Assembly: GCA_951406725.2 (NCBI GenBank) | Contig: OX597814.1 | Coordinates: 97,588,001 to 97,652,000, forward strand | DNA from: Octopus vulgaris | Taxonomy: Eukaryota | Direction: 5' to 3' | DNA: 64,000 bases | Shown: one piece after another, positions 39,690 to 51,759 of the stretch | Layout of the letters: each line of letters starts with the position of its first letter | Position numbering within the stretch: the stretch's first letter is position 1 | Notes under the pieces: model-generated | The model's input: only the letters and a program-made list of their open reading frames with translations | What the model was told of the DNA's origin: nothing | Databases searched by the model: none | Program-made: the position numbers and the translations under genes

Positions 39690-40700
39690 AAAGTCTGATC
39701 TAGATAGCAAAAGCCTAAAAGTCGACTAGCAAAGCCCAAAGTACTAGTTAGTAACAGAAGAAAGAAATCTTAGTACCTTCTAGAAAGTGGCCTTACTTGA
39801 TGGGCAGGAGAAGAGTCAGTAGGAATTCAATAGTGTATTTGCTGCAAGCTACAGCTAGACAAGGGATGCAAGCAATGTACAAAAATGGTAAATAGCAGAA
39901 ACATCCATGAAGAAGAGGTAAATAAACTGCTCATATGGCTTAAGACATTGCAGGTTTCTATTAATTATACGACCTGATTAGTGCTTGCAGTGACTGTAAT
40001 GAAAGTATAGCTACTGGTGTAAGGAAAGAGTGGAATCAGCTTAAGAAGCTGTTGGCAACAAAATGTTTCTCTATTAATGCAGAGGGCAAACTCTAAAAGT
40101 GACACTGCATGACTTTTTTTTTTTTAAACTTGCTGGGTTGGAAGAAGGGATAGTGCACATAACCTTTGCAGGCCTTCCCTGTCCAGTGAGATTTAAGTCA
40201 TTAATCTGCCTCTTGAAACTTTGGAACTCAACACCTGCAGGAAACATAGGCAGATGTTCTAGGAAGGAAGGACAGGGCATTAGTGAGTTAGACTGGAGTA
40301 CCTGAGTGGAGGCAGCAAGATTCCAGCTAGTTCCAAAGAGCAAAGGCCACAATAGTGGTGGGAAAGGCAGAGAAAAGAGACAGCATGCTTGTAGGGTTAA
40401 GACTGTAGTATGTGACATTCTACTAATCAGCTGGGTGGCTCTTTTCTAAGTGTGACTAGGATGTCTGTACATGCAGTGATGGCACTGCTCAACGTGTCAG
40501 AATACACCACTGTGAGTCTTAGCCAAGCTTTGTAGAGTATCAATAACTGTGGGGCCTGAAGTATCTTCTAGCTTTGAAGAGAAGGAACAGTGAGATATCA
40601 ATATCAAAGGTGGAAGTTTGTTGAAACTGGAAAACATTAAGCCCGATCCTTTAGAAATGTGAATGTTTACTTGAATGAAAAGCAGAACACAAGTGAAATG
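39690..40700 (+). mobile_element. Decayed RTE fragment interrupted by a minus-strand LINE 3' end (about 40113-40420)
   Basis: KWPY...VSRNSI remnant parallels the 13515 element; the insert reads SFLPRTS/FPAGVEFQSFKRQIN followed by poly(A) on the minus strand. Confidence 0.45.
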
Positions 40701-41233
40701 AGTGAGTGGCTAAGCACCGAAACCAGAGATACAAATATGCAGTATGAGTGATGAGTGAACAAGTATGTTATGCTACCAGTGGAAAGTACTTATGCCATGT
40801 GAAGACCAAAAAAAGAGAGATTAGGTAAAGTGTTGATACCAGGAAGCTGGGCCTCATAGATAAGATAAAAGAACAGCAATAATAATATACTGTACAGCAG
40901 ACATTTCCAAATGCATGCCAGCATGGAGAAACACTGCAAGTGAGGTAACAGACAATTAGTCAATGTACAGAAGAAATCTTCACTAGAATGAAAATACATT
41001 ACAATATTATGTTGACGAGGGAAAAGTAATGATAGTTAAGATAGACTAAGAAAGACTTGGGAACATATTTCACAGAACATATAATGTATGTAATGACTAT
41101 CTGTTGAAGAACACATCCAAATCTTAGGATAAACGGAAATACAAATATTAGCATCATTATATTAGGGTGGACTGGCTGAATTGTTAAAGGATCAGACCAA
41201 ATGACTTGGAGCATTTCTTCCAGCTCTTTAGAG

Positions 41234-41475
41234 CAACGTTTTCTCAACTGGGATTTCCCGGAACCCTAGGGTTCCACGAGAAAGAGTGAGATAAGCTAAG
41301 GCTGATTTCATGATCGTTTTATATATATATATACCACGTGAATTACGTTGAAAAATAAAAGATATGGTATATATACCACGTGAACTACGATGAAAAATAT
41401 AAGATATGGTATATAATTTTTTTGTGCAGGGATTCCTTGGGGTTTACGCAAGAGCAAAAAGGTCGAGAAATACTG
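41234..41475. mobile_element. hAT (Charlie-like) MITE
   Basis: TIRs CAACGTTTTCTCAAC / GTCGAGAAATACTG; 8-bp TSD CTTTAGAG / CTTTCGAG; short internal tandem duplication. Confidence 0.75.
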
Positions 41476-43295
41476 CTTTCGAGTCTGGTTTTAAATTGAT
41501 TACTGAGGTTAACTTTCTCTTTCATACTTTTGGAGTCGATAAAATAAAAATATCAGTCAAGTGCTGGAGACGATGGTATCGACTAACTCCACTCCCCTCA
41601 AAAATACTGACCTTGTGCCTAAATTAGAAACAATTATTATAACAAATTTCTGTGAAAAAATATTAAAGCAAGTAGTAGGCTTTGAACAGTCACCAAACAT
41701 TTTAAAGTATAATAGTCTGTATTTCTGTCGATCAGTTATTCAATGTTCTAACCGCCAATCTTCCCAAACCAACTACCGTACAAGATAATACTGCCTAATT
41801 TAGATACGAAATCTCTATAGTAACTTTTTTAACTACCATGCATAGTTATAATTAACTAGAAAATCATTAGACGTTATCGTAAAACTCTATAAGGATAAAA
41901 ATATACATCATATTAAAAAAAAAACTTAAAATATTATTCAACAGTCTTAGTCAAAGACATAATATAAATAATCTTTTTAAACCGGCCAAATATCAAAACA
42001 GCCGCACCTCCCCGTGTCAGCCCTCAAAAAAACATCAACCTACTTTGTCAATGACTATAGACATAAATGCACTTTTATATCTTCATTTACATTCAGGATA
42101 TGACTCTAATTTCTCAGGTATATTTCTCAGCTCAAGTTTCCACAATCCCATTTAAACTAAAAAGAATGTTGATGAAATGCCAAAGAGAAATGTGTAAAGC
42201 GGTTTCACTTGACAGTTTACGAAGCTTTCGCTAAGTTGTGTGTATCACATAATTTTACATCAGCTTTCAACTCCCAACACATATCTGTTGACAGAGGTTT
42301 CCCCAAAATCAGTAATATCACTTATACTATTTTTAGTGTTGAGGGGTTCTATTTCAATTATTATATTCATAGGTGTATTCTATATTACTATGAAACTCCT
42401 CGTCCCATGATCATTTCCCCACCCCACCCCTCGATAAATGCGAAAACTGCCATGTATGAAATAAACTATAAACGATCGCACGTAACTTTACACGAGAAAA
42501 AAAATTTTTAAGAGTCTTTAAGCAGCAACGACAATCCTACTAGACGAGAAGAATATACACTTTCTATATTATAAGAACGGCAAACATAAAAATGCACAAC
42601 TAGTGCTGAGGTTACAAGAAACACATCCTGTTCGTTTTTCAAAATTATTGGGTGTTTACACATACTTCAACAACAACAATATATAAACTATTTCTTCGTA
42701 AAACTATCTTTTCTTAACTGACTGAAGCAATTTTTTTTTTATTGAACCAATTTTATTTTTAATTAACTGACCGAAATTAGTTATTTTCCTATTTTTTAAA
42801 ATCAACTAAATCTCACACACAAAGACTTCATTCCTAAACTGTTACATTGTCAACTTGTTCTCTTTCATGCTTGTTCGCCGTTACAATAACTAAGAAACAA
42901 ATAAATAAAAAGTACTGCAGCAAGAAACTAACTGTTGAATTAGAATAATTAGCAGCACACTAAATGGGTTGGGTGTGACGGCCAAGGTAATTAGTAGTAA
43001 TACGATACAAACGTATAAATATCCCAATATACTAAATAACATGAAGGTAAATATAAACTAGGAGCCGAATACTAAAATATGTGATTATAAATATACACAC
43101 ACACATATATATATATAACATACATACATACACACACAACGAAACTATTGGAATTTATTTGGGGAGAGAGGAGACATAAAAGAGCGGTCAAGACATCAGA
43201 GTTACTTCCCTTGATGAACTACAGTAATTATCATCAGCATATTTATTTATTTATTTATTTTGCCCATTTTTTAATAATAATAATAAATTACTTAC

Positions 43296-43417
43296 CAAAC
43301 TTGACCGTAAGCACCGTATGCAACTGGAGCAAGTCTCTGATAACGTTCTGGAATTCTCCAAGTTGTTCTGTTTAACTCAACTTGGTAAAATGTCTCACCT
43401 TCGTCTGCAGTAGCCAT
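43296..43417 (-). CDS. p38: p38 MAPK (MAPK14-like), coding exon 1
   Basis: ATG at 43417; translates [40 protein letters not shown]+TG, matching the p38 N-terminus (FYxxELNxTxWxxPERYQxLxPV, Gly loop); donor GTAAGT at 43295; 122 nt, phase-2 intron as in vertebrate MAPK14. Confidence 0.95.
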
Positions 43418-44030
43418 CTCATTCGCAGTTGGGGTATTCAGACTGTCGTTCTGACAGACTCTAACGATAAATGCAACAAAAAAAGTCAATTATAAAATTG
43501 CCTTAACTTACAAATAAACTACATATAACAGGCGTTGAACCTGTCATTGCTTTCTTAAATTCTCCGATAATTAACAGTATGAATGTCTTTTTCTTTTTCT
43601 TTTTTTTTTTTTGCGTAGCAGATAGCTGGCAAAATGACAAGTATTTAGCAGTTAATTTAATAATTTAACAAGCATTCGCATTTCTTTAAGCAAATGCATA
43701 CTAAAAAGGAAATAGCAATTATTCTTAAATAGTTTTTAAATGGTGAGAAAAGAAGCGCCTATTAAAAAAATAAGTTTCTATTTCAGAGACTAAAACTACG
43801 CATGCCTCATCGAATGTAGTTTTAAAGTAAATGGAAAATATCAAATTAACTGCAAATAAAGCGAAAACAAATATTAAAATAAAGCAACACCAACCTTAAG
43901 GCGTTCCACAAGCGAAACGACAACACCTAGCTTCTCTTCTTAATGGATGCCGGAAATTACCTCGTTTTCAATATAGACCTTCACTAAGTAGGCAAGTGAG
44001 TGCAAAATCTTTCTCATCATTCCCCGCGTG
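43418..44030 (-). promoter_or_regulatory. Probable p38 5'UTR/proximal promoter
   Basis: Repeat-free, relatively CpG-retaining sequence directly upstream of the ATG; ETS-like CCGGAAAT at 43950-43957. TSS not determinable from sequence. Confidence 0.35.
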
Positions 44031-44326
44031 CTGTAGTTGAACTTAACTTCTGATGTTATTTTACTTAAATTGATTGAAGAACTAGGAAAAAAAGTGTTAT
44101 GTATATACGTAAAAGAATTGTTATCTATAACTAATATAACTTTCGTTGTGTTTCTAGAAAGTTGTAATGTTTATTTAGTAATAAATAGTAGTAAAAGTAA
44201 TTCATTTTATTCACAGTTGTCGCTAAGACGAAGGGGCACAATTAACTTTTCCATATTTTATTTCATGGTTAAAAGTGTTGTTTTTTGTTGTACTTTTTTC
44301 ATTATGATATGAATAATAAGAATATT

Positions 44327-44328
<2 letters not shown>

Positions 44329-44387
<59 letters not shown>

Positions 44388-44392
44388 ATATA
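44329..44392. repeat. (TA)n microsatellite
   Basis: Near-perfect TA run. Confidence 0.95.
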
Positions 44393-47300
44393 AACGTGGT
44401 AGCGAGTTTTATCTCTAAATTAATATTTCAAAGCACTCAAGTGGTTGGCAGTTGAAGAAATGCATCCAAATAACTTAATAAACGAATCCCATTTAAAGCA
44501 TTAACAGGAATAACACTAAATAGACATAATAACTTTCTCGGCGTAAAAAAAAAGAAATGAAATCCCAGGAAAAATATCACAGTAAAAAATCTCGATTTTG
44601 GTTAAAAGTAACGGGGAAAATAATACTCCAAGTAAATAGATATTTTGATGAAACTTAAAAGAAAAAACATTAAATCAGTCAAAAGTCTGTATCCTTTGTT
44701 CCTGTTGCTTTTTCTTAAATCCTCTATTCATAATAACGCATGCTAACTTGTCTCTATAAAATAAACTGAAAATGAAAAGTGCTTATGAAATTAGGCTAGT
44801 AGCCCAGGGTTTTACTTTCAAACTACTGTATTGACATTTTGAGTATCTAAGGATGTTTACCTCAGTTTGTCAAGTTTTTCTCTGCTGCAGAAATTTATTT
44901 TTTCCTGTTTTTATTAAGCCAATAGATTTTTATGAACTATGCACACGGAGAGGGGTGCAAAAAATTTCGTACACATATCTTTGACGGGGACAACTTTTAT
45001 TTGTTTGTTTTTAAAAAGTAAATACAGCGGTTTTCAGATTTGACCGATCACATGGTTGTAGATTTATACGTTCTGAAACATCAAAAAGGTATTTTACACA
45101 CTAAGGGTTGGGGATAACTCCGAGCTCATGTCCAGAGTACAGTTAAAGCAAATAAACAAAAATAAAATAATTTCGCTACTTGCTGTCTGCTCCTGACCAG
45201 ACGTTGTTTGTGCAAGTGACACAGAAAGCTAAGGCGAGCAACAGAAAGCCAGGCGAGCAACAGGAATACACGATTTACAAAAGTTTCGAAATGGATTTCA
45301 GAACTTGCTGTTTGCTTCTTGAGGTGTACTTTCTAAAATTACATTTCAGCAAATAAAGTGTAGGATAATGCAGGAAGAAATCATATTAACATTTTTAGAT
45401 TTTATTTTATATAAACAAGATAAGAAAGTTGAATAAAAACATAATAGTTAACAAAATATTTCGGATGGACTTGGATGACTATAATTAAAATATTTGAAAA
45501 ATTAAATAAATATATAAAATATAAATCCAAAAACGAAATATAAATATATTTCGTTTGTTAATAATTGCCATATGTTGTTTGACAACGCTGAGTTTCAGTA
45601 TCTTATTTGAATTGTTGATGACACATTTAATACAGGAGGTATTTATAAGGGCTAAATAGAACGAATTAGGCAGTGAAGAAAAAAACAGCAATGTAAATTA
45701 CTAATATTTTGAATTTGGCATGTTTGAGTAAGGGAGTAAACTCCGAATATGTTTTGCTGTTATTATGATCTCTTCAGTTAAACGTAGATTTCAACGTATC
45801 TACCAAAGTTGTCAAGAAAAAATTACGAAGTAAATATAAAAGATAGTGTATTGTTTTTGTTTACCACGTGTAAACGCGGTTTACAAATGTCAGTGTTGAG
45901 TGAGTGAAGTATTTGTAAAAGGAGTAATTGAGTGCTTTTTCCTCTGAAATCTATAAATATTTTATCTCATCAAACACTACAATGAAATACTGAACTACTA
46001 ACGGTCAAGAGAGAGAACAGTTAAAATAGCTTTGACAATCAAGACTTCATTATATATTCACGGTTGGTTGAACTGCTAGCAGTATGTAGTTGAAGGTACG
46101 TGTGTTAGAATATTTTGTTGACTAGCTGTGTGTTTGTGTGTGTGAGGAGAGTTGTGGTTTTTGATTATTTTGACAAGGGTGAAGATGTGTATGTTTAAAA
46201 CAGAGCAAAGCTAGTTAGTAGCTGATGGCAATGATATTTGCTGTCAGCAGCTAGTGTGTAGACCATTAATATGCTTATTTTCCGATTTTCATGCGACACG
46301 TGTGTGACCAACTTACAGTTATAGACTGGTTGAGTATACATCCCTGATCAGTAATTTCAGTGTCCCTAAAGCTAACGTGTGCCGTACATCAACTATAAGT
46401 TAATTAAATGTTGACTTTTCTAGATCCATTGTGCAATTTATACTGATTAATCTACGCATGGCTGATGTCTCAGCTTGCTAGGCAAAATAAAGTATACATG
46501 TGTGTGTATGTGCATTTGACAAAAACCCATGTTAATGGATGATACATCAAGTATACATTGATACAATAACATTTCTTTGCAAATTTCTTTTCATAGTTTC
46601 GTGATTTTACTGTAGGGACACCTTTTCTTTTTAATTTTTAGTTTATTAAAAATCACTCTTCAGTAATTAATGGAAGCTCGTGTAAAGAATACTACTACCT
46701 GATCAAATTTGTGATGAACTTAACGAAATAGAAATGCTATGTAAATTTTTATGAGCTACGTTGCATGGTTTTAATTATTCCAGAGGTTTTACAATATACT
46801 ACAATATACATAAATTGAAAGGAGCTCTTGGCCAGGATATCCCAACCCCTTTGATTACTATTTTATTCTGATGGAGTAGCCATTCGATGTTTAAAAACTG
46901 GTTTTATAGAAACGTCTTTCAAAATTCCAATTTCGTTATTCACCCATTAACTTGTGTAGATCGAACTATATAAAACGATAGGGAAAGAAATCTAGCTGTT
47001 TCTTGCAATACATACATCAAGAGTAACATTTTTGCAGGGTCCCTTGAAATACTATTGGGGATCCCCAATTTACTATTTTGTTGCGTGGACCCTTAAAAAT
47101 CTTATATGGACTCTAGTTGAAAACCACTGCTCTAGACTTTTGAAACTTTAGCTACTTCAGTTACTACTGAAGGCTAAATATACGAGTTGTAGGATTTAGT
47201 ATAGAAAACTGTTTATTTCATATAGCATCCTGTAGATATATTTTGTTTTCAGTTGTGTTTTATTTTAACTCTTGCATTTAAATAACGTAAGAGCAAGATC

Positions 47301-48451
47301 TTTAAAAATACATTGTTTTGACTTCTAAACTTTTTACCTTCGGAGTCAGATACAACAGCTTCATTTACTACGTTCGTAAAACTTGAGCATTTATGCAGAT
47401 CTAAGCATCGTATTCCAATTACACTACTGTATAATGTTTATGAAAATACTTGTACTTCCAAGTTTGTCTCATGTCTGCAATTGAGTTTCTTCCAGTTGCA
47501 GTAGTTGAGTTCCAAAATGTCTACTAGAGTCGACAGAGAGCCGTAACAGTCAATTTGGTGATCTCCAAAACTATCAACTTCCATCCCATTTCATCTGCGA
47601 AAAGGATTCCTGATATTTGCTTCAAACAGTAATGATCATTAGCACACGTTATTAGTTCCAAAAGAGAGCTTTTTTATTTTATTTTTTTTTGATGAAATGA
47701 CGCCTGCATACGTACCAAGACGGAGCATGTCATACAGGGCAATATTCACATCTTACCCCCAAACATATAAATAACGTACAAACTGCTTTAAATATGAAGC
47801 AGGTGATCAAAAGGGACGGAAGATGTACTAATGTCTTGAAAGACATTATGTAGCAAATAAACGAGAGGAAGGAGATATATTTACATATAATTATTAGTTG
47901 AAATGACCCTTTATTTTCATCGTTACAATGTAAGATACAACTTCGAGTTGTGGTCATACAATGATAATTTGTATTCTGTTATCCATTTTGTAAGTAGTAA
48001 ACTTCATCTTTTGTTGACTGCTAGAGGGACAAAGAGTAAAAGACTTTTAACAAGTAGAGAGGGTAAAAGTTGTATAATTGCGCAGAGACAAACCATACTT
48101 CAAATGAGAAGCAGACAAATGTGCTCTTCAAGCGAGGGGCTAAGTGAAGAGGTGGAACCGTTTTGGGGTTCCATACTCATATTTTTTCGAACTAAATTAG
48201 GCCAGGTTGAACAAAAGATTTTTCGTCTCCTGCCTGCCTGAACTCTATTTAACCCAAGAATGTTCACTTAAACAATAGAAATTAACTAAGTGTGACAGTT
48301 AACTCTCCTAAATTTCTAAGTGCAAAAGCCAAGGGCACGTAGAAAAATCTCGGGCAGGTTTTGAATCTTGGGTAAGACTCTAAGAAATTATTCGTCATTC
48401 GTGTAAAGTGTTTATGTACAACCATTAACTGGAAATGTTTTTCTTTTATTC

Positions 48452-48830
48452 TTTTACTTGTTTCAGTCTTTTGACTGCGGCTACGGGGAGCACTGCCTTA
48501 AAGGGTTTTCTTTTAGTCGAAGAAATCGACCCCAGGACTTATTCTTTGTAAGCGTACTATTTTTTCTATCGTTTTTTTTTTTTTGCCGAACCGCTACGTT
48601 ACGGGGACGTAAACACACCAGCATCGGTTGTCAAGCGATGGTGGGGGAGACAAACACAGACACACCCACATAAATATATACGTATATAAACGCCGGGCTC
48701 CTTTCAGTTTCCGTCTACCAAATCCATTCACAAGGCTTTGATTGGCCCAAGGCACTAGTAAAAGACACTTGCCCAAGATGTCACGCCGTGGGACTGAACC
48801 AGGAACTATGTGATTGGGATCACAGTTGCT
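48452..48830 (-). mobile_element. tRNA-derived SINE, family A
   Basis: Reverse complement aligns with 57612-58020. Confidence 0.85.
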
Positions 48831-50485
48831 GAATGAATCAATCCAATCAATACTTATACAAAATAAGAGGCATGATGATTACAAAAGGGTTTAACGTTAA
48901 GAGTCGAACTTTGTTACTACAAGTAGTGAGGAAGAGAAAAGGTGCCGTCAACTTCTGAACACATCCCTTACTGCTGCACATAAGTGTCTATAGACTTAAC
49001 AACTAAATCTAGTGGGTTTGGTATGGTTGTCGGTGGTTTGGACTGATGAATATACATTCGAGCAAGAATAATCAGCTGTTCGCTTTTTCATGAATACAAT
49101 GAAGTTCCGGTACAAGTACTGCCTTTATCACTTTATAGTTCCTCGAAAAGGCATGGGACTCTTTCTCATGGGCTAAGTATATTGTTAATTCTCATACACA
49201 CCAGTACACAAGAGATTGGAATTTGTATCTTGACTATATTTCCCGTTACAATAGTATACTGACTGGCATCTTTCTGCCCACAACCTTCGTAAAGACAAAA
49301 CGTGCTTATACTGTTTCCTTCATAAGCTCGTCTTCCTAACGTTCATAATAATTTTTCTATTGTCTTGACTCAACAACCCTCACCGTTTGTTTTTACTGTT
49401 TTGTTCTCACTGTCCTGTTCTTGTTACCACTTTAACCCTCCGCAAAAAATCCCAGATTTTATTTAATTTGCTTTGCGGGAAGGATTGTTTCAACGAAGTC
49501 GCGTCCTGTCCTTGCCTTCGATGTGGAAGATGAACAATGCATAAAGTTTTAAAAAAGTATTTATTTACCGTTAATTTACAAATACCTTGCCTCGACAAGC
49601 AGGTTATGATAAATCCAAAAGCATGCGAAGTAAAGTTTGTGTTTGTGTCCTCTTCATTGTTTAATAGTAAATACAGAGAGAGATAGAATGATGTTGCAAG
49701 AGAACAGAATTAGAGCTAGAGAGAATTGTAGGGTGTTGTCTTACAGTTGCTGACAGTAAACTTCATTTCTCCCTCTGACCAAGGTTCTAGCTGGTCAGTC
49801 AAACTTCGTCGTCACCAACTGTGACTACTTGGTTGAGTCGTTACCGACTGTGACTAACTGATTTTTGCTTGGGGTATTCTTGCTTTTATAGCTATCCAGA
49901 AAGATAGACATATCATTGAAACAATAGATTTAGTTGGTGGTCTTGTTATCTCTATTCTGTCTTTTGGTAAAGTAGAAGAGGTTAGAAAGGGTCAAGTGGT
50001 GAAGACATTATTTCGGCCTAGCTGAAGGCATCTGGAAAATAACAACAACAACAACAACAACTATAATAATAATAATAATAATAATCCTTTCTATTATAGG
50101 CACAAGGCCTGAAATGTTTGGAGAGGGGGATAGTCAATTTCATCGACTCCCGTGTGTATCTGGTACTTATTTCATCGACCCCGAAAGAATGAATAACAAT
50201 CTCCTAATATAATAATGAATAGGGTTAGTGGACACTCAGACGAATCATTTCATAGGTGAAATGTTTTGTTTACATTATACGAAGATCATTTTCTCTAATA
50301 TTTCGGTTCCAATGTGTGTGAGTATACTTACAGTATATATACAAATATATAAAAACACTACGCTCATTATTATATTAGGAGATGACTTCTGATCTTTTTC
50401 TGAAGTATATAGTGTTTGTTATCAGTTCACTGATACTTTTAGTAATCCGTACTCTCATCCATTCACGGATACTCTTTCTTCTGCT

Positions 50486-50990
50486 ATGGAGAATGAAGCA
50501 GACAGAAAGCGACTGTTAGTTAGAGGGAGACAAAGGCGAAGAACAGCCAGTCTCACTCAGGAAGAACTAGACGCTAGAAGATTAAAAAATACATTATTAA
50601 ATCAATCACAAGAACTGAGACAACGGAGATGCACGGCGACAGGCTTGAAGACGTCAAAATGAAAAGGAGAACCTCATTGCACAAAGGAGAGATATCCAAA
50701 GACAGAGCATCACAAAGGTGCCAAGATGCAACGGAAGAGCAAGCAACAGAGAGAAGAGAAGATCTAAGAATGAAAGCATCGCAAAGGCGACAAGATGAAA
50801 CGGAAGAGCAAGAAGCAGAGAAGAGAGTAGATCTAAGAATGAGTGCATCGCAAAGGCGACAAGATGAAACAGAAGAGCAAGCAGCACATAAGAGAGAAAT
50901 CGAAAGAGAGAGAACATTGCAGAGGCACCAAGGTGAAACGGAAGAGTAAGCAGCAGAGGGGAGAGAGGGTCTAAAAGCGAGAGAGAGAGA
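50486..50990 (+). pseudogene. Frameshifted ORF with 23-aa (69-bp) STPR-like repeats
   Basis: MENEADRKRLLVRGRQRRR..., frameshift near 50610, then ASQRCQDATEEQATERREDLRMK / ASQRRQDETEEQEAEKRVDLRMS / ASQRRQDETEEQAAHKREIERER; stop at 50947-50949. Confidence 0.65.
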
Positions 50991-51334
50991 GACAGACAGA
51001 CAGAGAAACTAGAGAATGACAGTGAAGAAGCAAATGTTCGCAGAGAGCAAATGAATGGGATATATATATATGGAAAAAATGGAAAAATAAGAGTGAATAT
51101 ATATTTTGACTGCTGTGTATTAAGTCTATAAAATTGTGCATAAATTATATAAGGTGCATATATAAAGAGCATTAAGTAATCACCGTATTCCAATTTCTTT
51201 CACTTTCCAATGAGTAGCAGGTTTTTTGGATAAAGTTCTCAGAAATAACTCAATAGAGTGCTATATTTAAGAGATGAGAAATTATGTACATTATTTACAT
51301 TCGACGGATATTTGTCCTCATCTTGTTTGTTGTT

Positions 51335-51380
51335 AACACAACGTTTCGGCTGATATACCCTCCAGCCTTCTTCAGGTGTC
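51335..51380 (-). ncRNA. Minimal type I hammerhead ribozyme motif
   Basis: GACAC-CUGAAGA-A-GGCUG(GAGGGUAUAU)CAGCC-GAAACGU-U-GUGUU: stem I, conserved core, 5-bp stem II, palindromic ACGU in place of stem III. Activity untested. Confidence 0.7.
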
Positions 51381-51632
51381 TCGGGGAAATTTCGAACCTG
51401 GGTTCTCATCCTAAGGTATTCTTCGATGTTATTATTATTGTTGTTGTTGTTGTTGTTGTTGTTGTTCAGGTCACTGCTTGGGATCGAACTCGGAATCTTG
51501 GGGTTAGTAGCCCACGCTTTTAACCACTACGCCTAACCCTAACCATATGTCCACGGGCATATGGCGTAGTGGTTAAGAGCGCGGGCTACTAACCCCAAGG
51601 TTCCGAGTTCAATTCCAAGCAGTGACCTGAAC

Positions 51633-51666
<34 letters not shown>

Positions 51667-51713
51667 GCGAAGAATACCTTAGGAATGAGAACCCAGGTTC
51701 GAAATTTCCCCAA

Positions 51714-51759
51714 GACACTTGAAGAAGGCTGGGGGGTATATCAGCCGAAACATTGTGTT
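51714..51759 (+). ncRNA. Mutated copy of the hammerhead motif
   Basis: Same layout but UUGAAGA core and ACAU instead of ACGU; probably inactive. Confidence 0.5.

Noticed and set aside
43418-43489. N-terminal extension of the p38 ORF given in the ORF track
   Set aside because: It starts at a non-ATG codon; p38 homology begins just after the ATG at 43417.
49600-50030. Possible solo LTR (minus-strand TATAAAA, purine-rich stretch)
   Set aside because: No convincing TG...CA ends or TSD identified.
51284-51523. 79-aa ORF MYIIYIRRIFVLILFVV...
   Set aside because: Antisense reading of the palindromic element including a (GTT)n run; no coding evidence.
51555-51630. Functional tRNA gene
   Set aside because: A/B boxes are present but the acceptor stem is poor, the apparent ACT anticodon is atypical, and it sits within a TSD-flanked repeat; treated as a SINE-type head.
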